Source: Chlamydiia bacterium (GTDB taxonomy: Bacteria > Chlamydiota > Chlamydiia > Chlamydiales > Simkaniaceae). From it: 64,000 nucleotides of DNA. The position numbers and the translations under genes are program-made. Below the pieces are notes generated by a model. It saw only the letters and a list, made by a program, of their open reading frames with translations, was not told the DNA's origin and ran no database searches. Positions 16,720-27,572 of the stretch are shown here, piece after piece. Numbering within the stretch: position 1 is the stretch's first letter; each line of letters starts with the position of its first letter. Location of the stretch: the NCBI GenBank assembly GCA_030429605.1, contig JAUIEV010000006.1, positions 42,154 through 106,153 of the forward strand, in the 5' to 3' direction.

Positions 16720-19700
16720 ATGTTAAATTTTAGGAAGCTTCGTCAGGATATATCTTCAAATGTTCTCAAGGAAGGAAAGGAGCTGTTTGATGATGATGCA
16801 GTCAGATCTGCAAAAATCCTTCATTTGGATGGAGATACCCTTCGAGTAGGGGCTCAGGTTATTGGGCAATATGAGAACACGTATTCTCCGGAAATTGAGA
16901 TAGATAGACTTGAAAGTGAGCTCATTGACTCTGATTGTGACTGTCCGTATCAATTTGATTGTCAACATATTGCTGCAGTGCTTTTTTATTTGGAGAAACA
17001 CCTCGATGAAATCCTTGTTTCCTACTCAAAGGAAACAGATTTAGATGAGCTTACCGGTGAACATGGGCTCGAAGATGACGAAAAAGAGCAGCTCATTGAA
17101 GCGGTAAAACAAGCTGAGGCAAAAGAAGAAAAGCGAAGAGACGAACAATTTAGGCGAGAAATTCTTGAAGAGTACTGTGTTGCTTCAAAGCAGCTTTCAA
17201 AATCACCCTTCTTTCTTCCACATGAGGAAAAAGAGATTGTTCGTTGTGATGCCTCATTTATTTTTAGCTCAATTCAATCAGATAAGCCTTTTGTTGAATT
17301 TCAGATAGCTCTTCGGCTTCCATCAAGATCAAAGCCGCTTTTTGTTCCTAATCTTCGGCAATTTTTTGAGGCGTACCGGTATGTAGAACCGCTTCACATG
17401 AGCGGGAAACGGTATTTTTTCTCGAGAGAGTCTTTTTCTGAAATAGAAGGAACTTTTCTTGAACACGTTATGTCGAGAGCAGCACTTGTTGATGTGAATG
17501 CTCCGGATAGAGCTCAGAAAGTTGGGCGTCTTGACATTAAAGCGTTTGGGGTACTTCTTGCAAAGGCGTTTGAATACGGGTATGGGCGTCTAAAGAAAGA
17601 TGGAAAAGCATTTCAAAGTGATGAACCTTCGCCACTGCCATCACTCTATTCAGATGGATTTGAAAATCCACTCTCATTTTCATTGTCAAACGCACAGTTT
17701 TCGGTTGGAATCGAATATTTAGAGCCTCCAACATCAAAAGTGCTTTTAAATCCTCAAATAGAAGTTGAGGGAGATGTTATTCAGCTTGAAGAGGTCCTCT
17801 TTTTTGACTGTGAGACGCCTGGTCTTCTGTATCAATCGACGTATTATAGCTTCACAAAAGGGATTTCTCGAAACCATTTGCGTGCTATTTCCCGTCTAAG
17901 AGAGATGACTGTTCCTGAGCCACTTTTTGGCTCATTTGTCGAAAATGCAATTCCAGAGCTTTCGAGATATGCAAAGCTGCGCAACACAGAAGTTCTAGAG
18001 TCAATTTCAACACTGCCATTTGTTAACGAGGTTAAGGGTGTCTGTGATTTAACATACTTAAACGGTGAGCTGGAAGCGCGTTTGTGCTTTAGGTATGGTG
18101 ACAAAAATATCCCGGCTTCTCAGAAGGCTTTGTCTTACGAAGATATCGAGTCGTTTGTCAGTGATGAAGGTGTTTTGGCAAGAAATCTTGTAGCAGAAGA
18201 GCAGCTTATTGAGGAGTTGTTCCAAGGGTTCATTTACCAGTCTGATCAAGAGCATTACGTTGCAAAAACAGAGCGTAAAGTAATTGATTTCATGACTGAA
18301 GTTATTCCTCGCTTTCAAGAGTCTGTTGAATTTAATTGTCCTCAGAATCTTCTCGATCAGTTTATTTATGATGAGACATCGTATACTTTAACGCTCTCTC
18401 ATACAAGTAGGATGGATGTCTACAAAATCAAAATGGAAGTAAACGGTCCGCTTCGAGGCGTAAGTATGGACCGGCTATGGGACTGTGTTGTTTCTCGTCG
18501 ACCCTATGTTGAGCTTGAGTCAACGAGATCGAGTATTGGGAATAAGATTCCGAAAATCCTCGTGCTTGACCTACAACAAACTTCACAGATTGTCCAGCTT
18601 TTTGATGAACTTGGCATTACGATGCTAAAAAATCACACACTAGAACGTCCTCTTTGGAGTTTAGCAAATATCGATGGGTCTCAGTGTGAGGGTTTGCCAA
18701 TCACGTTTAGTATGACAAAGCAGCTTATGGATATTCGTAAGCAGATGCTTGGTGAAAAACACTTTGAATTTTCGGATATTCCTGAGGTGGTCAACGCCTC
18801 TCTACGTGAATATCAAGTTGAAGGTGTCCATTGGCTTGAGCGACTTCGACTCATGTACCTCAACGGCATCTTGGCAGATGATATGGGGCTTGGGAAAACG
18901 CTCCAGGCTATCGTTGCGCTAACGCAGCATGTTGGGCCTGATAAGCCTCCTGCGCTTGTGGTTTGTCCTACCTCTCTTTTGTATAACTGGAAAGAAGAGC
19001 TCCACAAATTTAATAGCTTGCTCACAACGCTTGTCGTTGATGGGATGCCTCATCAGAGGAAAAAGCTGATTGACTCAGTTTTAGACTATAATGTTGTCAT
19101 TACCTCGTATAGTCTATTGCAAAAAGACGTAGAGCTCTACTGTGATATTCGATTTTCTTACATGGTTCTCGATGAAGCACAACACATTAAGAATCGAGGG
19201 ACAAGAAATGCACGATCGGTGAAACAAGTGAATGCGGCACACAAGCTTATTCTTTCGGGAACACCAATTGAAAACTCACTTGATGAGCTGTGGTCTCTCT
19301 TTGATTTCCTCATGCCGGGCTTTTTAAGCTCGTACGATAGATTTGTTGAGAAGTATGTGCGTTCATCTGGGAATGAGCATACAAGTAATCTTGAGTACCT
19401 CAGGAAAAAGGTATCGCCTTTTATTCTACGAAGAATGAAAACAGACGTATTAAAAGACCTTCCTCCTGTGTCAGAAATTACCTATCGATGTCAGCTTTCG
19501 CCGATGCAGCAAGAGTTGTATACATCCTATGCGCAATCTGCACGCGATGAACTTGTGCGACTTGTAGAAAGAGATGGTTTTGATAAAGTTCAAATACATG
19601 TTCTTGCGACGCTGACACGACTCAAGCAAATCTGTTGTCACCCAGCTATTTTTGCAAAAGAAAATCCTGAAACAGGCGACTCAGCAAAATATGATATGCT

Positions 19701-20190
19701 GCTCGAGCTGTTGCAGACACTGGTTGAAGGTGGGCATAAAACGGTCATTTTCTCTCAATACACGAAAATGCTGCAAATTATGAGAGAGGATTTTGAACGA
19801 CTTGGAATCCGATTTAATTATCTCGATGGATCGAGCAAAAACCGACTTGAACTTGTAAAACAGTTTAATGAAGATAAGAGTCTGTCTGTATTTTTAGTTT
19901 CTTTAAAAGCTGGTGGTACCGGGTTGAATCTTGTTGGAGCTGATACTGTTATTCATTATGACATGTGGTGGAATCCTGCAGTTGAAAACCAGGCCACTGA
20001 TAGAGTTCATAGACTAGGTCAAGACCAAAAAGTTTCGGTGTATAAGCTTGTGACACTTGGAACAATTGAAGAGAAAATTGTCGAGATGCAAAATAGAAAA
20101 CGCGGCATTGTGAAAAAGATTGTAAGTAGTGATGATGATGTCCTCACTAAATTAACCTGGGAAGATGTTCTCGAGCTCTTGCAAACTTAA
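16720..20190 (+). CDS. SNF2/SWI2-family helicase with an N-terminal SWIM zinc finger
   Basis: 1156 aa. The SWIM motif is CDCPYQFDCQHIAAVLFYL. SNF2 motifs are LADDMGLGKT, DEAQHIKN and LSGTPIENS. The helicase C-domain motif is QATDRVHRLGQ. Confidence 0.95.
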   Translation: MLNFRKLRQDISSNVLKEGKELFDDDAVRSAKILHLDGDTLRVGAQVIGQYENTYSPEIEIDRLESELIDSDCDCPYQFDCQHIAAVLFYLEKHLDEILVSYSKETDLDELTGEHGLEDDEKEQLIEAVKQAEAKEEKRRDEQFRREILEEYCVASKQLSKSPFFLPHEEKEIVRCDASFIFSSIQSDKPFVEFQIALRLPSRSKPLFVPNLRQFFEAYRYVEPLHMSGKRYFFSRESFSEIEGTFLEHVMSRAALVDVNAPDRAQKVGRLDIKAFGVLLAKAFEYGYGRLKKDGKAFQSDEPSPLPSLYSDGFENPLSFSLSNAQFSVGIEYLEPPTSKVLLNPQIEVEGDVIQLEEVLFFDCETPGLLYQSTYYSFTKGISRNHLRAISRLREMTVPEPLFGSFVENAIPELSRYAKLRNTEVLESISTLPFVNEVKGVCDLTYLNGELEARLCFRYGDKNIPASQKALSYEDIESFVSDEGVLARNLVAEEQLIEELFQGFIYQSDQEHYVAKTERKVIDFMTEVIPRFQESVEFNCPQNLLDQFIYDETSYTLTLSHTSRMDVYKIKMEVNGPLRGVSMDRLWDCVVSRRPYVELESTRSSIGNKIPKILVLDLQQTSQIVQLFDELGITMLKNHTLERPLWSLANIDGSQCEGLPITFSMTKQLMDIRKQMLGEKHFEFSDIPEVVNASLREYQVEGVHWLERLRLMYLNGILADDMGLGKTLQAIVALTQHVGPDKPPALVVCPTSLLYNWKEELHKFNSLLTTLVVDGMPHQRKKLIDSVLDYNVVITSYSLLQKDVELYCDIRFSYMVLDEAQHIKNRGTRNARSVKQVNAAHKLILSGTPIENSLDELWSLFDFLMPGFLSSYDRFVEKYVRSSGNEHTSNLEYLRKKVSPFILRRMKTDVLKDLPPVSEITYRCQLSPMQQELYTSYAQSARDELVRLVERDGFDKVQIHVLATLTRLKQICCHPAIFAKENPETGDSAKYDMLLELLQTLVEGGHKTVIFSQYTKMLQIMREDFERLGIRFNYLDGSSKNRLELVKQFNEDKSLSVFLVSLKAGGTGLNLVGADTVIHYDMWWNPAVENQATDRVHRLGQDQKVSVYKLVTLGTIEEKIVEMQNRKRGIVKKIVSSDDDVLTKLTWEDVLELLQT

Positions 20191-20239
20191 TTCCCGTTGT
20201 GATAGATTTCATCTGACATGTACATGAGAAGGAAATTGG

Positions 20240-21328
20240 ATGAGTGTTGGACGTTCGGCAACCCAATTGGTGAGAACTTTTGGAAAAGAGCTGTATACCA
20301 AATGGGGGAGACTTTCAGGTCTTTTTACAAGTGATATTGGTATTGACCTTGGGACAGCAAATACGCTTGTGTTCGTCCGTGGCAAGGGTATTGTTTTAGC
20401 AGAGCCATCTGTTGTGGCTGTTGACTCCCAAACAAATGAAGTGCTTGCCGTAGGTCATAAGGCGAAGCAGATGCTTGGAAAAACGCCAAGAAAAATCCAT
20501 GCAGTTCGCCCCATGAAAGACGGTGTCATTGCAGATTTCGAAATTGCTGAAGGGATGTTGAAAGCGCTTATTTCTCGTGTCACTCCAGCAAGAACGCTCT
20601 TCCGTCCAAAAATTCTTATAGCAGTTCCATCAGGCATTACTGGTGTTGAAAAGCGCGCCGTTGAAGATTCTGCACTTCGAGCTGGGGCCCAAGAAGTGAT
20701 TCTTATTGAAGAGCCAATGGCTGCTGCCATAGGTGTGGATCTGCCTGTTCATGAACCTTCAGCAAACATGATAATTGATGTTGGTGGTGGTACAACTGAG
20801 ATTGCAATCATTTCACTCGGTGGTATTGTTGAATCTCGTTCACTTCGAATTGCGGGGGATGAGTTTGATGAATGCATTATTAATTACATGCGTCGAACGT
20901 ATAATCTCATGATCGGTCCTCGAACAGCCGAAGAAATCAAAATGACTATAGGTTCTGCATATCCTCTCGGAGAGCATGAGCTTGAAATGGAAGTGCGAGG
21001 CCGTGACCAAGTAGCTGGGCTTCCAATCACAAAACGAATCAACTCTGTAGAAATTCGAGAATGTTTAGGAGAGCCTATTCAACAGATTGTTGAAGCGGTG
21101 AAAGTTGTCCTTGAAAAATGTCCTCCTGAATTGTCTGCAGACCTTGTAGAGCGTGGTATGGTACTTGCTGGTGGTGGAGCATTAATTAAGGGGCTCGATA
21201 AAGCACTCATTAAAGCTGCTGGGCTTCCTGTTATCGTTGCCGAAAATCCACTTCTCGCAGTATGTCTCGGAACAGGGAAAGCACTCGATTACTTAGAGCG
21301 GTTCAAGCGCGTAAAAGCGATCGCATAA
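20240..21328 (+). CDS. mreB: Rod-shape/actin-like protein MreB
   Basis: Motifs [29 protein letters not shown] and [12 protein letters not shown]. Confidence 0.96.
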   Translation: MSVGRSATQLVRTFGKELYTKWGRLSGLFTSDIGIDLGTANTLVFVRGKGIVLAEPSVVAVDSQTNEVLAVGHKAKQMLGKTPRKIHAVRPMKDGVIADFEIAEGMLKALISRVTPARTLFRPKILIAVPSGITGVEKRAVEDSALRAGAQEVILIEEPMAAAIGVDLPVHEPSANMIIDVGGGTTEIAIISLGGIVESRSLRIAGDEFDECIINYMRRTYNLMIGPRTAEEIKMTIGSAYPLGEHELEMEVRGRDQVAGLPITKRINSVEIRECLGEPIQQIVEAVKVVLEKCPPELSADLVERGMVLAGGGALIKGLDKALIKAAGLPVIVAENPLLAVCLGTGKALDYLERFKRVKAIA

Positions 21329-21342
21329 GGTAAAGTGAGCTC

Positions 21343-23130
21343 ATGCTTTCCTCAAAAATGGAGGAGAGAATGACATACACACACCACAAGCGTCTCAATG
21401 CCTGGATACAGGAAATAGCAGAACTGTGTCAGCCGGATTCAATTACTCTTTGTGATGGAAGTGATGAAGAGTATGCTAGGCTATGCGACCTTCTTGTTCG
21501 AAAAGGAGCATTTGTAAAGCTCAACCCAGCGCTTCGCCCAAATAGTTATCTCTGTCGATCAGATCCAAATGATGTTGCAAGAGTCGAAGATCGCACGTTT
21601 ATCTGTTCAAAAAACAAAGAAGATGCCGGTCCAACAAACAACTGGAAATCTCCAGATGAAATGCAAAAGATTCTCAAAGGACTGTTTAAAGGATGTATGA
21701 AAGGGAGAGTCATGTATGTAGTGCCCTTTTGTATGGGGCCGTTACATTCACCTCTTTCCCTCGTAGGCGTCGAAATAACTGATTCAGAATATGTTGTCAC
21801 AAACATGAAAATTATGACACGAATGGGGAATCAAGCGCTTGATATGCTTGGTGAGGAGGGTGAGTTTGTCCCATGCGTTCATTCAGTTGGTGTTCCGCTT
21901 GAACAGGGGCAAAAAGACGTTGCGTGGCCATGCAGAAACGACGAAAAATATATTACTCATTTTCCTGAGACACGTGAAATTTGGTCATTTGGATCTGGAT
22001 ATGGTGGGAACGCATTGCTTGGGAAAAAATGCCTTGCACTGCGCATAGCTTCTGTGAAAGCCCGAGATGAAGGGTGGTTTGCAGAGCATATGCTTATTAG
22101 TAAAATAACAAATCCAGAGGGTGTGTCGAAGTACTTTACTGCGGCGTTTCCAAGTGCGTGTGGGAAAACGAATCTCGCAATGCTTTCTTCGTCAATCCCC
22201 GGGTGGAAAGTTCAGACAGTCGGAGATGATATTGCCTGGATGCGATTCGGAAAAGATGGAAAGCTCTATGCTATCAATCCTGAAGCTGGATTTTTCGGGG
22301 TTGCCCCAGGGACGTCGAATGCATCAAATCCAAACGCTATGGCCGCAATCGCAAAAAACACCATTTTTACAAATGTAGCGCTCACTGATGAGGGTGACGT
22401 TTGGTGGGAGGGAATGACAGATACGACTCCGTCACATCTTATAGATTGGAAGGGTCGCGACTGGACTCCTGAAAGCGAAGAAAAAGCTGCCCATCCAAAT
22501 GCACGTTTCACAGCCCCAATTTCTCAATGCCCATGTATAGATCCTTCTTACGAAGATGTGGATGGAGTTCCTGTTGAGGGGATTATTTTTGGGGGAAGGA
22601 GAGAGTCAACGCTTCCACTTGTCATGGAGTCGTTTAATTGGGAGCATGGCACTTTTTATGGAGCCTGCCTCTCATCAGAAATGACGGCAGCAGCAGCAGG
22701 CACAATAGGGAAACTTCGACATGATCCATTTGCAATGCTTCCTTTCTGTGGCTATCATATGGGAGACTATTTTTCTCATTGGCTTGAGTGCGGTAAAGGG
22801 AAAAAAATGCCCAAAATTTTCCATGTCAATTGGTTTCGGAAAAGTGATGATGGATCATTTCTGTGGCCTGGTTTTGGGGAGAATATGAGAGTGCTTCAAT
22901 GGATTTTCGAGCGGTGCAATGGCGCTGTCGATGCACAAAAAAGCCCAATAGGCTCTTTGCCGGTTGTAGGTAGTATTGAAGCAGATCCACGTCTTTTTGA
23001 GATTGACCCTGTGAAGTGGACACAAGAAGTAGATGAAATGAAAGCGTATTTTTCACAGTTTGGGGACAAGCTTCCAAAAGAGATAACAGATCAAATAGAG
23101 AGCCTTCATAAAAAATTATGCGAGTTGTAA
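21343..23130 (+). CDS. pckA: Phosphoenolpyruvate carboxykinase (GTP-dependent type)
   Basis: Kinase-1a loop [12 protein letters not shown]. Other motifs are GDDIAWMRF and [18 protein letters not shown]. Confidence 0.95.
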   Translation: MLSSKMEERMTYTHHKRLNAWIQEIAELCQPDSITLCDGSDEEYARLCDLLVRKGAFVKLNPALRPNSYLCRSDPNDVARVEDRTFICSKNKEDAGPTNNWKSPDEMQKILKGLFKGCMKGRVMYVVPFCMGPLHSPLSLVGVEITDSEYVVTNMKIMTRMGNQALDMLGEEGEFVPCVHSVGVPLEQGQKDVAWPCRNDEKYITHFPETREIWSFGSGYGGNALLGKKCLALRIASVKARDEGWFAEHMLISKITNPEGVSKYFTAAFPSACGKTNLAMLSSSIPGWKVQTVGDDIAWMRFGKDGKLYAINPEAGFFGVAPGTSNASNPNAMAAIAKNTIFTNVALTDEGDVWWEGMTDTTPSHLIDWKGRDWTPESEEKAAHPNARFTAPISQCPCIDPSYEDVDGVPVEGIIFGGRRESTLPLVMESFNWEHGTFYGACLSSEMTAAAAGTIGKLRHDPFAMLPFCGYHMGDYFSHWLECGKGKKMPKIFHVNWFRKSDDGSFLWPGFGENMRVLQWIFERCNGAVDAQKSPIGSLPVVGSIEADPRLFEIDPVKWTQEVDEMKAYFSQFGDKLPKEITDQIESLHKKLCEL

Positions 23131-23555
23131 TACAAAAAGTGAGCTCAGCTTGTGTCTCTGTGGATTCGAATGTAGTTGGAAAGATCGATCATGGGCTTCT
23201 TATTCTTCTTGGGATCACCCATGAAGACACGCTTGAGCATGCTCAATCCCTAGCTCAGAAAGTAGTTAATCTACGAATATTCCCAGATAGTGACGGCAAA
23301 ATGAACTGCTCGGTTCAGGATGTCGATGGGGAAATTCTTGTTGTTTCACAGTTTACTCTCTACGGCAATGCGGCAAAGGGAAAGAGGCCTTCCTTCATCC
23401 AGGCAGCAAGACCGGAAAAAGCAAGACCGCTCTATGAAGCTTTTGTCGAAGAGATTCGATCACTTGTGGGTGCATGTGAAATGGGTGAATTTGGAGCCCA
23501 TATGGATGTAGCGCTTGTGAACGATGGACCGGTAACCATACTGTTAGAGCAGTAA
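23118..23555 (+). CDS. dtd: D-aminoacyl-tRNA deacylase
   Basis: 145 aa. Motifs are MRVVIQKV...[15 protein letters not shown] and NDGPVT. Confidence 0.93.
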   Translation: MRVVIQKVSSACVSVDSNVVGKIDHGLLILLGITHEDTLEHAQSLAQKVVNLRIFPDSDGKMNCSVQDVDGEILVVSQFTLYGNAAKGKRPSFIQAARPEKARPLYEAFVEEIRSLVGACEMGEFGAHMDVALVNDGPVTILLEQ

Positions 23556-23614
23556 AACCTCCGCTATATAGAGAGCGCAGAAGGCTTTGATTAGGTCGCA
23601 ATGAGGGGGAGAAA

Positions 23615-23636
23615 GGGAAGTCTCTTGCAACTTCCC
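23615..23636. terminator. Hairpin between convergent dtd and ndk
   Basis: gggaagt-ctcttgca-acttccc. The T-tracts are weak on both strands. Confidence 0.4.
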
Positions 23637-23646
23637 CAATACTTAC

Positions 23647-24081
23647 TTATGCAGTCGTGTGTGAAACAAGCTCGCTCTCTTTAAAGAAAAAGCCTATCTC
23701 TGTTTTTGCTGTTTCTGGTCCGTCTGAACCATGCACTGCATTTGCATCAATATTTTCTGCAAAATCAGCTCTGATCGTTCCAGGTGCAGCTTCCTGAGGA
23801 TTGGTAGCTCCCATAAGCTCACGGTTTTTTGCAATTGCATCTTCTCCTTCGAGAGCAGAGACAACAACTGGACCAGAGGTCATAAATGAGACAAGGTCAC
23901 CGTAAAATGGGCGCTCTTTGTGTACTGCGTAGAATTCACCTGCTTGCTCTTCTGTAAGGTGAAGTAGTTTCATTCCAACGATCGTGAGTCCAGCTTTTTC
24001 AAAACGAGCAAGAATATCGCCAATATGTTTTTTTTGAACTGCGTCTGGTTTAATGATAGAAAGGGTTCGTTCTTTTGCCAT
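23647..24081 (-). CDS. ndk: Nucleoside diphosphate kinase
   Basis: Motifs [12 protein letters not shown] and NAVHGSD (active-site His). Confidence 0.95.
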   Translation of the reverse strand: MAKERTLSIIKPDAVQKKHIGDILARFEKAGLTIVGMKLLHLTEEQAGEFYAVHKERPFYGDLVSFMTSGPVVVSALEGEDAIAKNRELMGATNPQEAAPGTIRADFAENIDANAVHGSDGPETAKTEIGFFFKESELVSHTTA

Positions 24082-24237
24082 GGGTAACTCCTATAATACT
24101 TTGACGCATATAGTGTACTTTGTTGAATCTCTTCTGTAAAGACCGGTTTTTCAGTACCTGCTAGTGGATGTATCCTACTGGTTTTTTAGTCATGAAAAAA
24201 GTACCATATACAACTGAGAAAAAATAGAGGTGAGCGT

Positions 24238-25245
24238 GTGCGGATACTCGTTTGCAAGCTGAGGCACCACGGGGATGTTTTGTTGACGTCTCCTTTTTTG
24301 TATGCACTTCGGGAAGCATTTCCTTTGGCTGAAATAGATGTTTTTCTTGCAAAGGAAACCCACCCAATGTTGGAGGGGCATCCCTGTGTGTCGCGCTTTT
24401 TTTTTAAAGAAGATGGTTTTTTGTTTCGGAAGCATGCCTATTCTCATGCATTTAACCTTACTGAAGGAGATAGAGGGGCGATTGCGTGCTTTTTAAGCGG
24501 TGCAAAAATCAAAGTCGGAGTTGATCCAGGAAGAAGTGGTTTTTGGGGAAAACGTCGCATCTATACCCATCTAGTAGAGCATTGTCCTCATGAAAAACAT
24601 ACAGTAGAAAAAAATCTTGATGCGCTGCGAGTGCTTGGGATTTCTCCATCGAAAAGCTGCAGAGAGGTGACTTTTCATATTCCGGAAGCTGTTTTATCAA
24701 AGATAAAAGACCGTGTCGGTACAGGGTACATCCTTGTGCATCCTGTGTCACGATGGATGTTTAAAGCGCTTCCTATTGAGGTCATGGCTGAATGTATAGA
24801 AGCGCTCCAGAAAAAGGGGCAAAAGATCATTCTCAGTAGTGGTCCTGGAAAAGAAGAGTGTGCATATATTTCTGCCCTTCAATCTCGCCTTACTTCTCCT
24901 GTCGAATCCCTCGCAGGAGAAACAACGTTGAAAGAGTTAGGTGCTCTCATTGCCCATGCATCGATGCTTATCTGTCCTGACTCAGTGCCATTTCATATGG
25001 CATCTGCGTTAAAAAAACCTGTAGTTACTTTTTTTGGGCCAAGCTCAGAAAAAAACTGGGGTCCCTGGAGAAATGAACATGCTATTATAGTAAAAAAAGA
25101 CCTTCCATGTAGGCCATGTTTTCGGGCAGGGTGTGCAAATACCGGTATTGCTGACTGTCTACAAGCGATAACATCGGATGAGTTATTGGGTCCTATAGAA
25201 GCACTTCTAAAGAATGTGGACGCGTGTGCACATTTAGAGTGTTAA
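24238..25245 (+). CDS. Glycosyltransferase family 9 (LPS heptosyltransferase-like)
   Basis: 335 aa with a GTG start and SD AGAGG. The N-terminus is MRILVCKLRHHGDVLLTSP and the C-terminal motif is CPDSVPFHMASAL, both typical of RfaC/RfaF-type enzymes. Confidence 0.8.
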   Translation: MRILVCKLRHHGDVLLTSPFLYALREAFPLAEIDVFLAKETHPMLEGHPCVSRFFFKEDGFLFRKHAYSHAFNLTEGDRGAIACFLSGAKIKVGVDPGRSGFWGKRRIYTHLVEHCPHEKHTVEKNLDALRVLGISPSKSCREVTFHIPEAVLSKIKDRVGTGYILVHPVSRWMFKALPIEVMAECIEALQKKGQKIILSSGPGKEECAYISALQSRLTSPVESLAGETTLKELGALIAHASMLICPDSVPFHMASALKKPVVTFFGPSSEKNWGPWRNEHAIIVKKDLPCRPCFRAGCANTGIADCLQAITSDELLGPIEALLKNVDACAHLEC

Positions 25246-25983
25246 ATGAGATGAAGAAGACATCTCGGGGGCAAAATCATCTCCAAAATAACTTTTTCGA
25301 GCAAGCTCGCTTTGGAGAAGCGTTTCTGTTGTTCCCTCGAGAAGAACTTTTCCGTTTTGGATCAAATAACTTCTATCTACAATAGACGTGAGTTCTCTCG
25401 CGTTATGATCAGTGATCAACACGCTGATTCCTTTCCGTTTTAAGTGTGCTATCAATACTTTTACATCTCGAACTGACAGCGGGTCAATATTTGCAAATGG
25501 CTCATCGAGAAGTAGTAGGGATGGGCTTGTGACGAGTGCTCTTGTAATTTCAAGTCTTCTTCGTTCGCCACCTGATAATGTGCAAGCAAGCTTTTTTCTG
25601 TGTGGGGAAAGAGAAAGCTCTTCAAGGAGTTCTTCAAGTTTTTCAGAGCGCTCTTTCTTCGATAGAGTAGTTATCTCGAGAATGCTTATAATATTGTCTT
25701 CAACGCTCATCTGCCGAAAAATAGAGGGCTCCTGGGCTAAATACCCCATTCCCATTCGAGCTCGCTTATACATTGGGAGTTTTGTCACATCTTGATCTTT
25801 AAAACAGACGCGTCCTTTAGATGGAGAGATAAGGCCGATAGTAATATAAAATGCGGTTGTTTTCCCGGCGCCGTTTGGTCCGAGAAGCCCAACAACCTCG
25901 CCTGGTTTCACATGAAAAGAAAGTCCGTCGACGACATTTTTTCCGCCGTATATTTTTGTGAGGTTTTCAACACTAAGAAGCAT
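25234..25983 (-). CDS. lptB: LPS export ABC transporter ATP-binding protein LptB
   Basis: From the ATG at 25983, MLLSVENLTKIYGGKNVV...GLLGPNGAGKTT and LSGGERRRLEITRAL aligns with LptB from residue 1. The longer track ORF (to 26043) was trimmed. Confidence 0.9.
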   Translation of the reverse strand: MLLSVENLTKIYGGKNVVDGLSFHVKPGEVVGLLGPNGAGKTTAFYITIGLISPSKGRVCFKDQDVTKLPMYKRARMGMGYLAQEPSIFRQMSVEDNIISILEITTLSKKERSEKLEELLEELSLSPHRKKLACTLSGGERRRLEITRALVTSPSLLLLDEPFANIDPLSVRDVKVLIAHLKRKGISVLITDHNARELTSIVDRSYLIQNGKVLLEGTTETLLQSELARKSYFGDDFAPEMSSSSHLTL

Positions 25984-26527
25984 CGCTCTCCTCGCTTTTT
26001 GCGCGGATTGGGATCGTTCCAACTCCGTCAATCGATTCTGCATAAATTTGCGGAGAGTTTTCTCTAAAGTTCAGGCAGAAATGAGTGCCAATGCCCGAGT
26101 AGTAGGGGGCTTCAGGAGTTTTTTTCACCCCTTTTTCAAAAATAATACTCATTTTTTCAGCAGTCAGAGAGCGTTCGCTCGTGACAAAGCGTGCTTCTTG
26201 TGTGGAAAAGAACCGAGTTTCTTCATTTCCTTCGACTGAGATTCCACGAACGTCATAGAGTGTTTCAACAATACCAGCAGAACCTGAGTGTAAGAGTGAA
26301 AAAGGACTTGTAAGGGTAGTCACAATCTTCTGGGTATCTGTCGTTGAGACAATCTGCTTTTCCACGCCATGACGAATTTGGGTGAAGGGTTTTTTCTCAG
26401 AGGATTTGAGTTGAGTAAGCGAAGGAATGGGGAGTACAGAGGCAATGGAAAGCACAGCAGCGCCTGAAAGTCCTGCAAGAGCTCGTAAAATCCATACGCC
26501 GGTTTTAAATGCTGTTGATGTAGTCAT
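25973..26527 (-). CDS. Membrane-anchored periplasmic protein, possibly LptC/LptA (OstA-like)
   Basis: Start taken at MTTSTAFKTGVWILRALAGLSGAAVLSIASVL, a single N-terminal TM segment. It sits between kdsA and lptB as lptC/lptA do in other Gram-negatives. No diagnostic motif, so the function is tentative. Confidence 0.45.
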   Translation of the reverse strand: MTTSTAFKTGVWILRALAGLSGAAVLSIASVLPIPSLTQLKSSEKKPFTQIRHGVEKQIVSTTDTQKIVTTLTSPFSLLHSGSAGIVETLYDVRGISVEGNEETRFFSTQEARFVTSERSLTAEKMSIIFEKGVKKTPEAPYYSGIGTHFCLNFRENSPQIYAESIDGVGTIPIRAKSEESDAS

Positions 26528-27326
26528 AGAGCCCTTTCGCTTCTTGAAGGAGTCGTTCGAGGGAATCAAATGGGAAGACGGTTGCAGCATCACTTTTTGC
26601 ATCTGCTGGGTGAGGGTGTGATTCAAGAAAAATAAGATTTGCACCCGCTGCAATCGCAGCTTTCATTAAATGGGGAATGAATTCTCTCTGCCCTCCGGAA
26701 GCGGTGCCTTGTCCTCCAGGAAGCATGACTGAGTGAGACGCATCATAACACACAGGAAACCCAAAGGACTGCATGATAGGGATAGACCTCATGTCACTGA
26801 CGAGATTATTATATCCAAAGCTTGTGCCTCGATCGCAAAGAATCAGATTGTGGTTGCCTGCTTCAAGTATTTTTTCGACAACATTTTTCATGTCCCAGGG
26901 AGCAAGAAACTGTCCTTTTTTCACGTTGATTGTTTTGCCTGTCTTTGCAGCTGCGATAAGCAGGTCTGTCTGGCGTGAGAGAAATGCTGGGATTTGAATG
27001 ATATCAAGTACTTCAGCTGCGAGAGGTGCTTCATCCGGAAGGTGAATATCAGAGACGACGGGAATATTATATGTAGATTTGACCTCTGATAAGATTGAAA
27101 GCCCCTTATCAATCCCCGGGCCTCGAAAAGAAGAAATCGACGATCTATTTGCCTTATCATAACTAGACTTGTAGACGAACTGTATGCCAAGTTTTTTAGT
27201 ACACTCAACTAAGAAATGTGCTGTTTCTAAAGCGTGCTCCCGGGATTCAATGACGCAAGGGCCGGAAAGGAGTGTGAAAGGAGTTTTTTTACCAACTGAA
27301 AATGGACCAATCGAGACTGTTTTCAT
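26505..27326 (-). CDS. kdsA: 3-deoxy-8-phosphooctulonate (KDO-8-P) synthase
   Basis: From the ATG at 27326, MKTVSIGPFSVGKKTPFTLLSGPCVIESREHAL aligns with the KdsA N-terminus. Other motifs are KSSYDKANRSS and DASHSV. The track ORF start at 27449 is judged an over-extension. Confidence 0.92.
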   Translation of the reverse strand: MKTVSIGPFSVGKKTPFTLLSGPCVIESREHALETAHFLVECTKKLGIQFVYKSSYDKANRSSISSFRGPGIDKGLSILSEVKSTYNIPVVSDIHLPDEAPLAAEVLDIIQIPAFLSRQTDLLIAAAKTGKTINVKKGQFLAPWDMKNVVEKILEAGNHNLILCDRGTSFGYNNLVSDMRSIPIMQSFGFPVCYDASHSVMLPGGQGTASGGQREFIPHLMKAAIAAGANLIFLESHPHPADAKSDAATVFPFDSLERLLQEAKGLYDYINSI

Positions 27327-27482
27327 GCCTGATATGCTACGCCTTATTTGAAATTTTGTCATGCTCAAAAACGCCCACCCAGATGAATTTAAAGAAAAAT
27401 AAATTTCTAGATGAATAAAAAAGAGACTGGTGATAGACTCAAGGCACATTTTTTGATATCAATTGCATCAATGATAAACTGC

Positions 27483-27556
27483 GGATTGATAGCTCAGTTG
27501 GATAGAGCATCCGCCTTCTAAGCGGACGGTCGCAGGTTCGAGTCCTGCTCAATCCG
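27483..27556 (+). tRNA. tRNA-Arg (anticodon UCU), CCA not encoded
   Basis: GGATTGA-TA-GCTC-AGTTGGATA-GAGC-A-TCCGC-CTTCTAA-GCGGA-CGGTC-GCAGG-TTCGAGT-CCTGC-TCAATCC-G folds as a 74-nt cloverleaf. Confidence 0.95.
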
Positions 27557-27572
27557 TAACTTTTTTTGAGGA

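Noticed and set aside
27327-27449. N-terminal extensions proposed by the ORF track for kdsA (to 27449), dxr (from 43530), ytgA (from 39641), lptB (to 26043), khpA (to 30532), the lptC-like gene (to 26653) and the 74-aa protein (to 32057)
   Set aside because: In each case an internal Met aligns with the canonical family N-terminus or a signal peptide, usually with an SD or a 4-nt overlap with the upstream gene. The extensions overlap neighbouring genes or tRNA-flanking sequence.
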